IMG/VR virus record: IMGVR_UViG_2623620552_000001
Coordinates: 18,464 to 82,463 of that record
Length of the DNA stretch: 64,000 bases
Origin: a virus
Lineage: Duplodnaviria > Caudoviricetes
Strand: one strand, 5' to 3'
This document shows positions 28,914 to 38,273 of the stretch, piece by piece. Position numbers and translations under genes: made by a program. The notes beneath the pieces are model-generated. The model had not been told where the DNA came from. It worked only from the letters and a program-made list of their open reading frames with translations, and searched no databases. How positions within the stretch are numbered: position 1 is the first letter of the stretch; every line of letters starts with the position of its first letter.

Positions 28914-29272
28914 TTTACATAGAATTTAGAACATGGTATAAGGCTTCACAATACCGTTTAAAGCAATTCTCAGAAGGTTTCTATGGGTTAGTAGTAAAAT
29001 GCCTACTCTTAGGTTTAATAAGCCTTTTATGCTATTTATATCGCGTTATAAACGCATTCTTTCGGAGAGAAACTATCGCTGGTTGTATTATATCGGTAAT
29101 CCTCTTTGGAGTAAGCTTTAGCTATGCAACGTCTTTTATTAAAGAACGGAAGCTAAGAGTTGAAGCACAATATCGCGCTGATTCTCTCTCTTATGAATTA
29201 AGCAAACTCACCCAAATGTTTGAAAAAGAAGATACACTGATTGTTAATGGCGACACTTTAAGAAGCTGGTAA
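28910..29272 (+). CDS. Membrane protein
   Basis: 120 aa with two TM-like segments. Confidence 0.65.
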   Translation: MIYIEFRTWYKASQYRLKQFSEGFYGLVVKCLLLGLISLLCYLYRVINAFFRRETIAGCIISVILFGVSFSYATSFIKERKLRVEAQYRADSLSYELSKLTQMFEKEDTLIVNGDTLRSW

Positions 29273-29395
29273 TCAGCCACTTAAAAGTTTTAAAGTCATC
29301 TTAAAATGTCTTAAAGTTTTACCTATTATGTTGGAGATACGAATACTAATTTATAAATTTGGAGTGAAGTTTAACTTAACATAGGAGATACAACA

Positions 29396-29833
29396 ATGAG
29401 TAGAGTTACAGAGTACAGAAAGACTACACCTTTCTACATTTACTACAATCCCAATCCATTGGGCAATGAGAAGAAAGCATGGGACAGAGGCGATTGCGTT
29501 ATTCGTGCTTTTGCGGTAGCATTAGACATAACTTGGATAGAAGCTTTTGATATTCTATCAGCAGAGGCAAGGCGCACCTACAACGTTGCTGAAGACGACA
29601 AAGTATGGGATGCCGTTCTAAAGAGTATGGGTGCAATCTATCACGGAATAAAGCCCGAAGCAGGAAAGAAGCGAATAACTGTTGAGGAGTTCTGTAAGAC
29701 GCACCCTAAAGGGAACTACTTTGTTTCTGTATCAGGGCATTGCACCGCCGTTGTCAATGGTGTATGCGTTGACACTTGGAATCCTGCTAAGAAAGCAGTT
29801 TGTCGTTATTATGAGATTAAGTTAAAGAAGTAA
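29396..29833 (+). CDS. Phage protein with Cys/His papain-like (peptidase-like) motifs
   Basis: YNPNP...GDCVIRA...GHCTAV..G...DTWN; preceded by the conserved early leader. Confidence 0.6.
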   Translation: MSRVTEYRKTTPFYIYYNPNPLGNEKKAWDRGDCVIRAFAVALDITWIEAFDILSAEARRTYNVAEDDKVWDAVLKSMGAIYHGIKPEAGKKRITVEEFCKTHPKGNYFVSVSGHCTAVVNGVCVDTWNPAKKAVCRYYEIKLKK

Positions 29834-29836
29834 GCA

Positions 29837-30205
29837 ATGAATAAGAAAGAACTCTTTAAAAAGGACTTCGCCCGCATCCGTCGCAAGATTGAAAAGTACA
29901 ACAAGGAACTTGCCGACTACGTTAAGATGACTGGCGACAACGAAGTGCCCGATATAGATAGTACTATTATCGGCACCTCACCGATGAACCCAATAGAGGT
30001 AAAAGAACTGCCTAATGGTGTTTCATACACAGACGATGGTTGGTGGGAGAACATAACCGTAGAATCGGTATACGGAGAGTATTGGCTATCGGGCGAAGAT
30101 GAACTCGACGACCTGCTGAAATATAACCGCCGCCGACTTCGCAAAGGTGTTCGCGTTTGGAAATCAGAAAACCCAGATATTGAATTAGAAAAAGACGACG
30201 ATTAA
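29837..30205 (+). CDS. Hypothetical protein
   Basis: 122-aa ORF. Confidence 0.7.
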   Translation: MNKKELFKKDFARIRRKIEKYNKELADYVKMTGDNEVPDIDSTIIGTSPMNPIEVKELPNGVSYTDDGWWENITVESVYGEYWLSGEDELDDLLKYNRRRLRKGVRVWKSENPDIELEKDDD

Positions 30206-30207
30206 TT

Positions 30208-30999
30208 ATGAGTATAGAAATTAACGGGAAGAAAATACAGTCGTGCGAAGGTTGCGCACTGTATGAGAATTGCAAGAAAAGCAATAGAGAAAACGATGAA
30301 AGCGGTTGCTTGTGGTCTACTATACATTTCATAGTCAAGGACTATAAGAGAATGTTTAACAGGTTTCAAGAGTTGGAGCCTTCTATTAAGAAGAAGAATG
30401 AGAAACTGAAAGAGGACAGAGATAGGATTATCGAACTTATTCATAAGTTAGACGAGAAGCAAGTAGAGGCAATGTCTGACGAGCGTTTGAAAACAATGTT
30501 TAGAACACTTACTTCTTCTGTAAAGAGGTTGAAAGAAGAAAAGGAAGCGTTACAAAACGAAGTAAAACTACTATATGCTCAGATAGACGAAACCAAGAAT
30601 AGCCGTAACGCTGTTGTCGAAGCGGTAACAGCAGACCTTGAAGAAAAGTTAGAAGAGGCGAATAATAAGATAAAGCTACTTGCGAGTGCGGTAGTAGACC
30701 CAGAGAAAGCAGATTCCGTTTTCTTACAATCTTGCAAAGTTCACACTATAGAAACAGATGACGACAAGAAATGGATGGCGGGCGCAATGAGGCAGTTAGA
30801 GAAAGCGTCTATGAAATTACTTACAGTTGACGAGCGTCTTTCTCGTTATGAAGAAACATTAAAAGAGAATAATGGTGAGTTGACTACGAGCGTTGAAAAG
30901 ATTATAAAGAAAGCAATGAATAGCATCAGTAGTACTATCTCTCATATAGAATGCTTTATGGATAAAGTAGGTAACATAAAAATAGAAGAAGATGAATAA
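30208..30999 (+). CDS. Coiled-coil protein with N-terminal Cys motif
   Basis: CEGCALYENC...C followed by a long coiled coil. Confidence 0.75.
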   Translation: MSIEINGKKIQSCEGCALYENCKKSNRENDESGCLWSTIHFIVKDYKRMFNRFQELEPSIKKKNEKLKEDRDRIIELIHKLDEKQVEAMSDERLKTMFRTLTSSVKRLKEEKEALQNEVKLLYAQIDETKNSRNAVVEAVTADLEEKLEEANNKIKLLASAVVDPEKADSVFLQSCKVHTIETDDDKKWMAGAMRQLEKASMKLLTVDERLSRYEETLKENNGELTTSVEKIIKKAMNSISSTISHIECFMDKVGNIKIEEDE

Positions 31000-31099
31000 A
31001 GAAGAAAGAGTTGACGAGCAGCCCACGCAGCTGCCTGACGAAACTAACGAAGAGTATGCCGAAAGGCTTAGATTCTTAAACCCATACTTTTACTAAGAA

Positions 31100-31294
31100 A
31101 TGAAAAAGATAGAGTTTAGCAAATACCAGTTAACGTTATTTGAAAAAGCCGTGCGGTATATGATAAGTGACCTCCAGTATGAACGGCATCAAGCACTTGC
31201 TCATGGTTGCGCAGGAGGGAGTTATGATAAGGAGATAGAAGAGTATAAACAACTAGAAAATATAATAAGCAATGCAAGGTCAGCAAATGATTAA
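31100..31294 (+). CDS. Hypothetical protein
   Basis: 64-aa ORF. Confidence 0.55.
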   Translation: MKKIEFSKYQLTLFEKAVRYMISDLQYERHQALAHGCAGGSYDKEIEEYKQLENIISNARSAND

Positions 31295-31583
31295 CATAGA
31301 AGAACATAGAGTTCCTAAGTTTACGGAACACCCTAATGGTTTTGAGGTTGTAAGCAATGACGGCTCTATAAAGATAGTTCTTCAACATACTACCGTTATG
31401 AATGGTAGTATGGAAAGTGATTTCTACTCTACTAAAACCTGGATAAAAGAAGAAAGTGGTTGGATAGAGGTTAACGGAACGCAGACATACCCCACCAAAG
31501 AGGCTTTTATAGAGGTTATCCGTGACAACGAAGATTTTACACAAGCAATGAGAGATTACGAAGAATATAAGTTTAACATTTAA
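31272..31583 (+). CDS. Hypothetical protein
   Basis: 103-aa ORF; the true start may be the internal ATG of MINIEE. Confidence 0.6.
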   Translation: MQGQQMINIEEHRVPKFTEHPNGFEVVSNDGSIKIVLQHTTVMNGSMESDFYSTKTWIKEESGWIEVNGTQTYPTKEAFIEVIRDNEDFTQAMRDYEEYKFNI

Positions 31584-31799
31584 AACAATAATGAGATTAT
31601 GAAGAAAGAAAAATGGATTCTAAAAGTTCGCAACCAGTTAGCGAGCCTCGCCATGGAATGCGACAGCGCAGCAGCGATTGAAGGCGCAAAGATGACACCA
31701 GGCGAACGCGAAGATTTACAAAACAAACTACGCGACGCTTATAGGTGGATAGACAAGAAACTTGGTTTTTAATGGTATGTTGTATCCCTATGATGGGAA

Positions 31800-31833
31800 G
31801 TGGCACACAGTCCGCGATGGATAGTGTGCCACT
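31800..31833. terminator. Hairpin between convergent transcription units
   Basis: gtggcacac-agtccgcgatggata-gtgtgccac. Confidence 0.65.
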
Positions 31834-31834
31834 A

Positions 31835-32731
31835 TTATTTTAACACATAGTAAACTGCTTTTAGAGGGAGAAGCAGTCTATCTTCTTCGGAAAGTAGTTC
31901 GTAATTATCAATCCATAACTTTACTAACTCCGTAGAACCTATGAGACGTATGTTGCTTTTGTGTTCTCGGGCAAAACGGATAGCCTCGTTGGTAAATGTA
32001 CCTGAAGAGAAAACAATGCCCGTATCGCCGTCTTTTTTTAGTAATGCCGCAAGGTTACGAACTACGGTAACATCTATTGCGGTAGTTGGCATATGTTTCA
32101 CTTGTGCGATGATGCGCTGCCCTACCCCAGCAGCATTCTCATAAGCTACAATGTCTATTCCTCCGTCTTTGCCTTTAGGCGCAATGAAAGGTGTATAGTA
32201 ACCCATACCACGCAAAAGTGTTGCACATAAGTCCTGGAACTCATAAGGGTTCATCGCTTTTATTCTCTTGCTGATACCTTCTTGTGCCGTACTTTCGGCT
32301 TCCGCTACTATTATTTCGTCTGTCAGTTCCGAAACCTCTTCTACATCTTCGTCTATCGTTTCGTGCTTATCATTCTCTTTCTGATATTGACGATAAGCCG
32401 TATGTGCGATTTCAAACACTTGCTGCGGTGTCAAGGCGAGTGCTTTTTCTCCTTCTTCGGTAAGATACCATACACCTGCGTCTTTTCTTATCAGACCTGC
32501 CTTAACATACTCTACAGAATAGAAAACGGAGTTTACAAACCAACGTGGCTGCGGTGTCTTTTCTGACGTGTTAGCACTCTCCCAATCATTGAATGTTAAG
32601 ATAGTTGGTATCTTCTCCTTGATTGCCGCAAAAGACATTGTACCCTCGTTTTGCTTTATCAGCTTCATTGCTTCATACATAGTCCTTGCGACAACGGAAG
32701 CCGACCTTGATAGTTCTTTGTTTTCGCCCAT
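31835..32731 (-). CDS. mrr: Mrr-family (type IV) restriction endonuclease
   Basis: Mrr_N-like winged helix (G.W.LTEEG) and catalytic P.EF.DL....L.GMGY...DGGID...QVK; own TACCTTTGC promoter at about 32756-32764. Confidence 0.85.
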   Translation of the reverse strand: MGENKELSRSASVVARTMYEAMKLIKQNEGTMSFAAIKEKIPTILTFNDWESANTSEKTPQPRWFVNSVFYSVEYVKAGLIRKDAGVWYLTEEGEKALALTPQQVFEIAHTAYRQYQKENDKHETIDEDVEEVSELTDEIIVAEAESTAQEGISKRIKAMNPYEFQDLCATLLRGMGYYTPFIAPKGKDGGIDIVAYENAAGVGQRIIAQVKHMPTTAIDVTVVRNLAALLKKDGDTGIVFSSGTFTNEAIRFAREHKSNIRLIGSTELVKLWIDNYELLSEEDRLLLPLKAVYYVLK

Positions 32732-32941
32732 AGATGATTAAATTTTCTGATTAAAGCAAAGGTATTCATTAGTAAAAGCCAAAATATAAAAATAATAGAT
32801 TTTTTACTTAATGAATCTTAATTTTATTAGTTTTATCCAAATTATTATTAATTTATTACACCAATATTATTATTTATGATACTTTATTATTAATTTTGGA
32901 GTGTAGAAATAATTAATTCACTAAAGATAGGAGATACAACA

Positions 32942-33265
32942 ATGAAGAAAAAGATTAATTTTAACGATGCAAGTTTTAAGGAAGTTATAGGTACTTCTAG
33001 TTACAGAGGTTATGTTAAAACTACCGCAAACGCACTTTCAATGGTGCTCGGTTCTCCAATGTCAGGAGATGGCGACAAGACGACTTATGAATGGTATAAG
33101 AAATACGGCTCAGTAGTATTTACTATCTACGATTACAAGGAGTATGCCGGTATCACTAAGAACACAGAAGTTGAATACCATATTGGTACCAAGTGCCCAG
33201 AAGATACAGGCATCATCGTCGGCATACTCGCAGGTCTTGGTTTTAACGCTTATATCGAAAAATAA
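32942..33265 (+). CDS. Hypothetical phage protein
   Basis: GDKTTYEW...FTIYDYK motif; preceded by the conserved early leader. Confidence 0.8.
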   Translation: MKKKINFNDASFKEVIGTSSYRGYVKTTANALSMVLGSPMSGDGDKTTYEWYKKYGSVVFTIYDYKEYAGITKNTEVEYHIGTKCPEDTGIIVGILAGLGFNAYIEK

Positions 33266-33278
33266 AGGAGAAAAGAAT

Positions 33279-33770
33279 ATGTTACAATCAGAGTTTTTTG
33301 AAAGAACGCATATCACCCTCACAGGCGAGGAATATGCCGACGTGGAGTGCCTTTACAACGCTGTAAAGATGGATAAGGACGAGTTTTGCAAGCGATGGGT
33401 GTCGGAGAAGAAAAACCCACTATTCAAGGAACTTGCGGAGGCTTTTTGCAATGAGTACAGGATGCACCTTTCCGACATCAATCAGATGCAAGCAAACGGA
33501 AAGTCCTACAACGAAGAGATTAACCGCCTCAAAGGCCAGTTAGCAGAGAAAGACCGCATCCGTGAAGAAATGCTTAACGAAGCCAACAAAAGAAATGGTG
33601 AGCATCTTACCGATTTTGCAAAGAAGATAATCCTTTCGGGTGTTGAGGACGAAACCCTATACGACATCATCGAAGAGGAGTGCGGTATCAAGTTTATCAT
33701 ACTCGTTAAGAGGGAGGCTGGAATGCCTTTGTCTGAGAGCGAGATTGACTACATGGTGGGCAAGTTATAA
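33279..33770 (+). CDS. Hypothetical protein
   Basis: Start moved to ATG 33279 (MLQSEFFERT), which follows AGGAG and avoids overlap with the upstream gene. Confidence 0.75.
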   Translation: MLQSEFFERTHITLTGEEYADVECLYNAVKMDKDEFCKRWVSEKKNPLFKELAEAFCNEYRMHLSDINQMQANGKSYNEEINRLKGQLAEKDRIREEMLNEANKRNGEHLTDFAKKIILSGVEDETLYDIIEEECGIKFIILVKREAGMPLSESEIDYMVGKL

Positions 33771-33832
33771 GCCCGCCATGTAACTTGCCAAGAGAACTCG
33801 ATTAAATATGGTTTAACATAAATATTACAACA

Positions 33833-34180
33833 ATGAACAACGGATTTATTTTTAAAAACGGCAGTATCAAGAGAATGCCAATGGAGAACGAAGTAGTTTC
33901 GGCAAGCGGAACAAGTGAAGAACAGAAAAAGGTATGCCCCGGATGCGGACGTGAGTTGCCGTTGTCGGCTTTCAACAAACACCCAAGGTCTGCTGACGGA
34001 CATATGAAAGAATGCAAGGAGTGTACCCGTCGGCGGTTGCACTCTTCTAAAAAGTCGGCTAAAAGCAACCCACTGGCGCAATTCACGGCCAGAGAACTCA
34101 TGAAGGAGTTAAAGACTCGCGGCTATGAGGGCATTCTGGAATACACTACAGTACAAAGGATTAACATTAGTGATATGTAA
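33833..34180 (+). CDS. Zinc-finger protein
   Basis: CPGC...F.......DG....CKEC. Confidence 0.7.
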   Translation: MNNGFIFKNGSIKRMPMENEVVSASGTSEEQKKVCPGCGRELPLSAFNKHPRSADGHMKECKECTRRRLHSSKKSAKSNPLAQFTARELMKELKTRGYEGILEYTTVQRINISDM

Positions 34181-34531
34181 GCCTTATGACAACATCAGAA
34201 CAGAGATTTTTCGATAGCGTTCCTCGCCGGTTAGACGGAATAGAGCGCAACTTGGAGAAGATAAGCGAGTGTTTGGAGAAGATCACCGACATCGTTACTA
34301 TTATCTACGGAAGCAAAGAATAGACAAACAGAAGGGCGGTATGCAAAAACCGCATATCGCCCGAAGTTTAACATACCTCTTACGCTTTTCACAAAGCAAG
34401 AGATACAACAATGAGTTGCAAAAATAAGAATATATTGCGAGATTCGCAAGTTTTTTAAAGATTATTTGGACTTCTGATATATTTTTATTAATTTTGGAGT
34501 TCAAAACTAAAGATAAAGAAAGGGTACAACA

Positions 34532-35290
34532 ATGAGAGGTGCAATTATCGGTGATATTATCGGTTCAAGATTTGAGTTTAACAACCTCAGAGAAAAAGAG
34601 TTCGACTTCTTTACAGAAGAATGTGACTTTACAGATGATACAATATGTACGGTAGCTATAATGGAAGCTATCTTGGAAAATGATTTGGATTACGCAAGGC
34701 ATTTACAGAAGTGGTGTAGAAAATATTCTTTCCCGAAAGGCGGATATGGAGCGTCTTTTGCCCAGTGGGTCAACAATCCCAATCCTCAGCCTTACAACAG
34801 CTTTGGCAATGGTGCGGCAATGAGAGTTAGTCCTGTTGCATGGGCTTTCAATACGGTAGGAGAGACTATTTCTCAGGCTATCGCTACCGCTAACGTATCA
34901 CATAACCACCCCGAAGGCATCAAAGGTGCTATCGCCACTGTTCACGCCATAATGCGCCTTGAAGCATCTAAGGATAAGACACAAGCAATAATTACAGAGC
35001 AGATGTATTACGACCCATTCCAGTCTTATGAAAGAGGGAGGTTCGACGAAACCTGTCAAGGTACAGTTCCCGTTGCTCTAAGAATAATAGACGATAGTTC
35101 TTCTTTTGAAGATGCAATGCAACTCACAATGCAATGGGGAGGAGATAGCGATACGCTCGGTGCTATCGTTGGCGGTATGGCAGAAGCCCTCTATGGCGTA
35201 CCAGAATATCTGTGGTCGCAAGCAGAGGCATTCTTGCCCTTTGAAATGAAGATGATAATTGAAGAGTTTTATAAAAGGTTTGTAATATGA
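34532..35290 (+). CDS. ADP-ribosylglycohydrolase (DraG/ARH family)
   Basis: GAIIGDIIGS, FTDDT, SFGNGAAMR, SHNHPEG and GGDSDT motifs. Confidence 0.93.
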   Translation: MRGAIIGDIIGSRFEFNNLREKEFDFFTEECDFTDDTICTVAIMEAILENDLDYARHLQKWCRKYSFPKGGYGASFAQWVNNPNPQPYNSFGNGAAMRVSPVAWAFNTVGETISQAIATANVSHNHPEGIKGAIATVHAIMRLEASKDKTQAIITEQMYYDPFQSYERGRFDETCQGTVPVALRIIDDSSSFEDAMQLTMQWGGDSDTLGAIVGGMAEALYGVPEYLWSQAEAFLPFEMKMIIEEFYKRFVI

Positions 35291-35616
35291 AAAGAGAAGA
35301 TTTAATCAAGCAATGCCGCTATTACAGCGGAGAAGAGGTGTGTCCTTTTACAGAAGAGAGGATGCAATGGTTCTGGGATATGGAAAGGGTGTATGTAGAG
35401 ACCGAAGGTAAGTTTGTTGGAGAAACGGAGACCTATCATAAACTCGACGGACGGAGATACACAGGCATCCCTCATAACTTACTAATGGTAATGTTCACAG
35501 GATGGGCAAAGTATACCGCTGATATGGAAAAGCATTTAGAGGATTTCTATGACCTTATGGAGGTATATCTTGATATAGTAAGCGACCATATCTCAAAGAC
35601 GGCAATACCGGGTTAG
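35287..35616 (+). CDS. Hypothetical protein, candidate immunity partner of MuF-ART
   Basis: 109 aa (CRYYSGE..CPF...FWDMER); coupled to the hydrolase, and its stop overlaps the MuF stop. Confidence 0.6.
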   Translation: MKREDLIKQCRYYSGEEVCPFTEERMQWFWDMERVYVETEGKFVGETETYHKLDGRRYTGIPHNLLMVMFTGWAKYTADMEKHLEDFYDLMEVYLDIVSDHISKTAIPG

Positions 35617-38273
35617 TAACCGATATTGCTGTCTAATACATAAGAGAGGTCTTTAATCTCTTGACCCACGATTTCAACATCTATATAGGTCTTATATCCG
35701 TCGTTATAGACTTTCGTTATTCTCATTTTTGTTCCTCTCTGGAAGAGCGTTTCATCTTCTCTACTAAACCTTTTATATCTTGTTACTCCGTCCCACTTAA
35801 CGCTTTGGGCTCCTTCTCCAAACTGACTAAAAGGCTCTACATAGGCAGCTTTCGTCCCTTTAGGTGCAAAGATATTAATTACGACTTCATTACTACTGAA
35901 TCCTGAACTACGACGTGAACCAGTACTCATAAAACCGCCCTCTTGCATTGTCATACCAACAAGGTCTTCTATCTTATTGGGCCACTTGCCGCCGGCAAAC
36001 TCTATTCGTGAACGGATAACAGATATATCTCTATCGCCACGCATGAACCACATATCTTTTGGCAGAGGGTTTCTTTCAATGTATCGGGTTATGAGATTGA
36101 CCTTTGTTTCAAAGTTTGTCCTTGATTGGCTGCCTACATAGCGGCGACCTTGCAACGGCTCATTCTTGTCGCAATAATGGTGTGTATATTCATATATCTT
36201 CTCTCGCTCCATTTTTGTTGCTGCTTGCCATGCTTTTGAAGCGGTTGGGAAGAGGGTATCGTCAGCAAGTTGTCCGTTGCCAGTGTCCCATACGGCGGCT
36301 TTCTTTCTCTCTTCGCTGAATATCTCGCTAATACCTTTCCCTTTCTTAGCATAACCTCTATCATATTCTATCTGTTTCTTCTTGGCTTCGGCTTTACTTA
36401 GAAGTTCCTGTGCAGCATTAAGGTCTGACTTACTTGATACAGCAGATTCTATATCGCTCAGTATATTGTTAAACGGTACGCTCTTAGTATCAAAGGCTTT
36501 AAGTTCTGTCAGTGCGCTTTCTATCTTCTGCCAATCAATGATAGATTGTGTTTCCTTTATGAGTTTCAGATATGCGCTCTCGGCAACTTTTGATGTAGGA
36601 TAAAGGTTGTGAGGTTTGAGATAAGTGCTATCAACGACATACAATGCTTCTGAATTAAGTTTAGAGAGCAAGTATTCCTCTAACGAAGCATATTTTGATT
36701 TAAGATAGCTGTTCGTCGCATAGTTGCCGCTCCATTTTGCAACATTATTACTAACAACTTTTTCTACTTCCTTAATATCGGAGAGAGAGAATTGTTTTAA
36801 CCATTCCCTTGCGTCAGGAACTGTCTTTTCTATCAATGCCGCCTCTTTGTTTATTCTTGCTATCTCCTTTGCAAGAGCTCTACTATATTCCCTTGTAGCA
36901 ATAGTATCGCCTTTGATAATAGCATTACGAAGCATTGACTTCATGCCGATTGTTTCGGTGTATTCGAGTTTGTCGGCAACCTGCCAAACATTCTTACCTG
37001 TCTTAATGATAAGGGCATTCTTTGCTTTTCGTTCATCCCAACGGCGCTGAATGTCTGCCTTTTCGGCTTCTGTCTTAACTCTCTTAACCCTTGCGATACT
37101 TGGCTGATAACCCATTTTAAGAAGTTCCTCGGGCGAAAATTGCTTGCCCACATACTTCATATTATCACGCCAAATCCAACCAAGTTTTCCACGTTCACCA
37201 GCGGATATAAACTTATCCCTGTTAGCATCAATCCACTGCTTTGCACGGTCAGGTAAATCTTTGACAGCATTCGGAGAAACATATCCGCTCATATCCTCGC
37301 CAGCAGCCAAACGGCGATAAAATTCCTTCTTCTCCTCTCCTTGTATTGTGATGGGATTAGACATACAAAGGCATTGTGGGTGCCAACCCGTGAAGATAAA
37401 GTCTTTCGGGTAGCGTCCAGCCAGTTCGTCGCACTCGTCTGGTGCAGGGTGTTGTGGCGACAAGTCTATAACAATGCCGATGACAAACGGCTCCATCTGC
37501 CATCGTTCCGCATTGGCACGGTGGTAGGCTCCGTTTATCTCTGTCCGCATCAGTCTGTCAGCGTTCCGCTTTGACGAGCGATAATGACCCATACCGACTT
37601 TTTCCAATGGCTCTTCTACGAAACGTACTTTTCCGTTCTCGTCCACAATACGTCTGCGCCACTTTACAACATCTTTCTTATTGCCTTGTGCATCGACTAC
37701 GGTACGATGATAGCGGCGATACATCATATCGGGGTTATTAAGATACTGACGGACTTGCAAACCGAGTGATGCCGCACTTGTGCCTTTCTTTAATCCGTCA
37801 GCAAGGACATTCGACACTGCCATCTCAAACTCCGCTTTCGTCTGAGAGCAATAGTTCCAAACAAGTTGAGAGAGGTTTAATCCTTCGGAGGTTTTTAGGC
37901 GATTGCGAATAAACGTTTCTGCGGCGGTATTTCTTGCTTGGCTTATTGCTTTATTGGAGAGGATAGAAAAACCCGAGAGAACCGCATTATCGTGCGAATA
38001 CGCCAATGCTACGCCATCTGTTATGCCGGCACGATAGGCTAACATATCCTTTTGAACGTAATCAGAGAAGATTTCGTTGAGTTCCTCACGTAATTCGGGA
38101 TAGTTGCCGAAGCGATAGAGCACATTCTTCTCTAAGAAGTCCTCTACACCAACACCTGACTTATGAGCAATAACGGTAAGGCGGTCTATGAACTTGTCAT
38201 AGAGGGTTTCAAGGCGCTTGGAGTAAGCACCAAACATTGCCGTTAGTTGTTTCCGTTTCTGCTCGTTTGTCAT
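35613..38273 (-). CDS. MuF/SPP1 gp7-like minor head protein with C-terminal ADP-ribosyltransferase toxin domain
   Basis: RLMRTEIN.AY, CDELAG.YPK.F.F.GWHPQC.C (MuF); C-terminal MRG...GFMSTG...REDETL (R-S-E clade ART with ExE). Confidence 0.88.
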   Translation of the reverse strand: MTNEQKRKQLTAMFGAYSKRLETLYDKFIDRLTVIAHKSGVGVEDFLEKNVLYRFGNYPELREELNEIFSDYVQKDMLAYRAGITDGVALAYSHDNAVLSGFSILSNKAISQARNTAAETFIRNRLKTSEGLNLSQLVWNYCSQTKAEFEMAVSNVLADGLKKGTSAASLGLQVRQYLNNPDMMYRRYHRTVVDAQGNKKDVVKWRRRIVDENGKVRFVEEPLEKVGMGHYRSSKRNADRLMRTEINGAYHRANAERWQMEPFVIGIVIDLSPQHPAPDECDELAGRYPKDFIFTGWHPQCLCMSNPITIQGEEKKEFYRRLAAGEDMSGYVSPNAVKDLPDRAKQWIDANRDKFISAGERGKLGWIWRDNMKYVGKQFSPEELLKMGYQPSIARVKRVKTEAEKADIQRRWDERKAKNALIIKTGKNVWQVADKLEYTETIGMKSMLRNAIIKGDTIATREYSRALAKEIARINKEAALIEKTVPDAREWLKQFSLSDIKEVEKVVSNNVAKWSGNYATNSYLKSKYASLEEYLLSKLNSEALYVVDSTYLKPHNLYPTSKVAESAYLKLIKETQSIIDWQKIESALTELKAFDTKSVPFNNILSDIESAVSSKSDLNAAQELLSKAEAKKKQIEYDRGYAKKGKGISEIFSEERKKAAVWDTGNGQLADDTLFPTASKAWQAATKMEREKIYEYTHHYCDKNEPLQGRRYVGSQSRTNFETKVNLITRYIERNPLPKDMWFMRGDRDISVIRSRIEFAGGKWPNKIEDLVGMTMQEGGFMSTGSRRSSGFSSNEVVINIFAPKGTKAAYVEPFSQFGEGAQSVKWDGVTRYKRFSREDETLFQRGTKMRITKVYNDGYKTYIDVEIVGQEIKDLSYVLDSNIGY

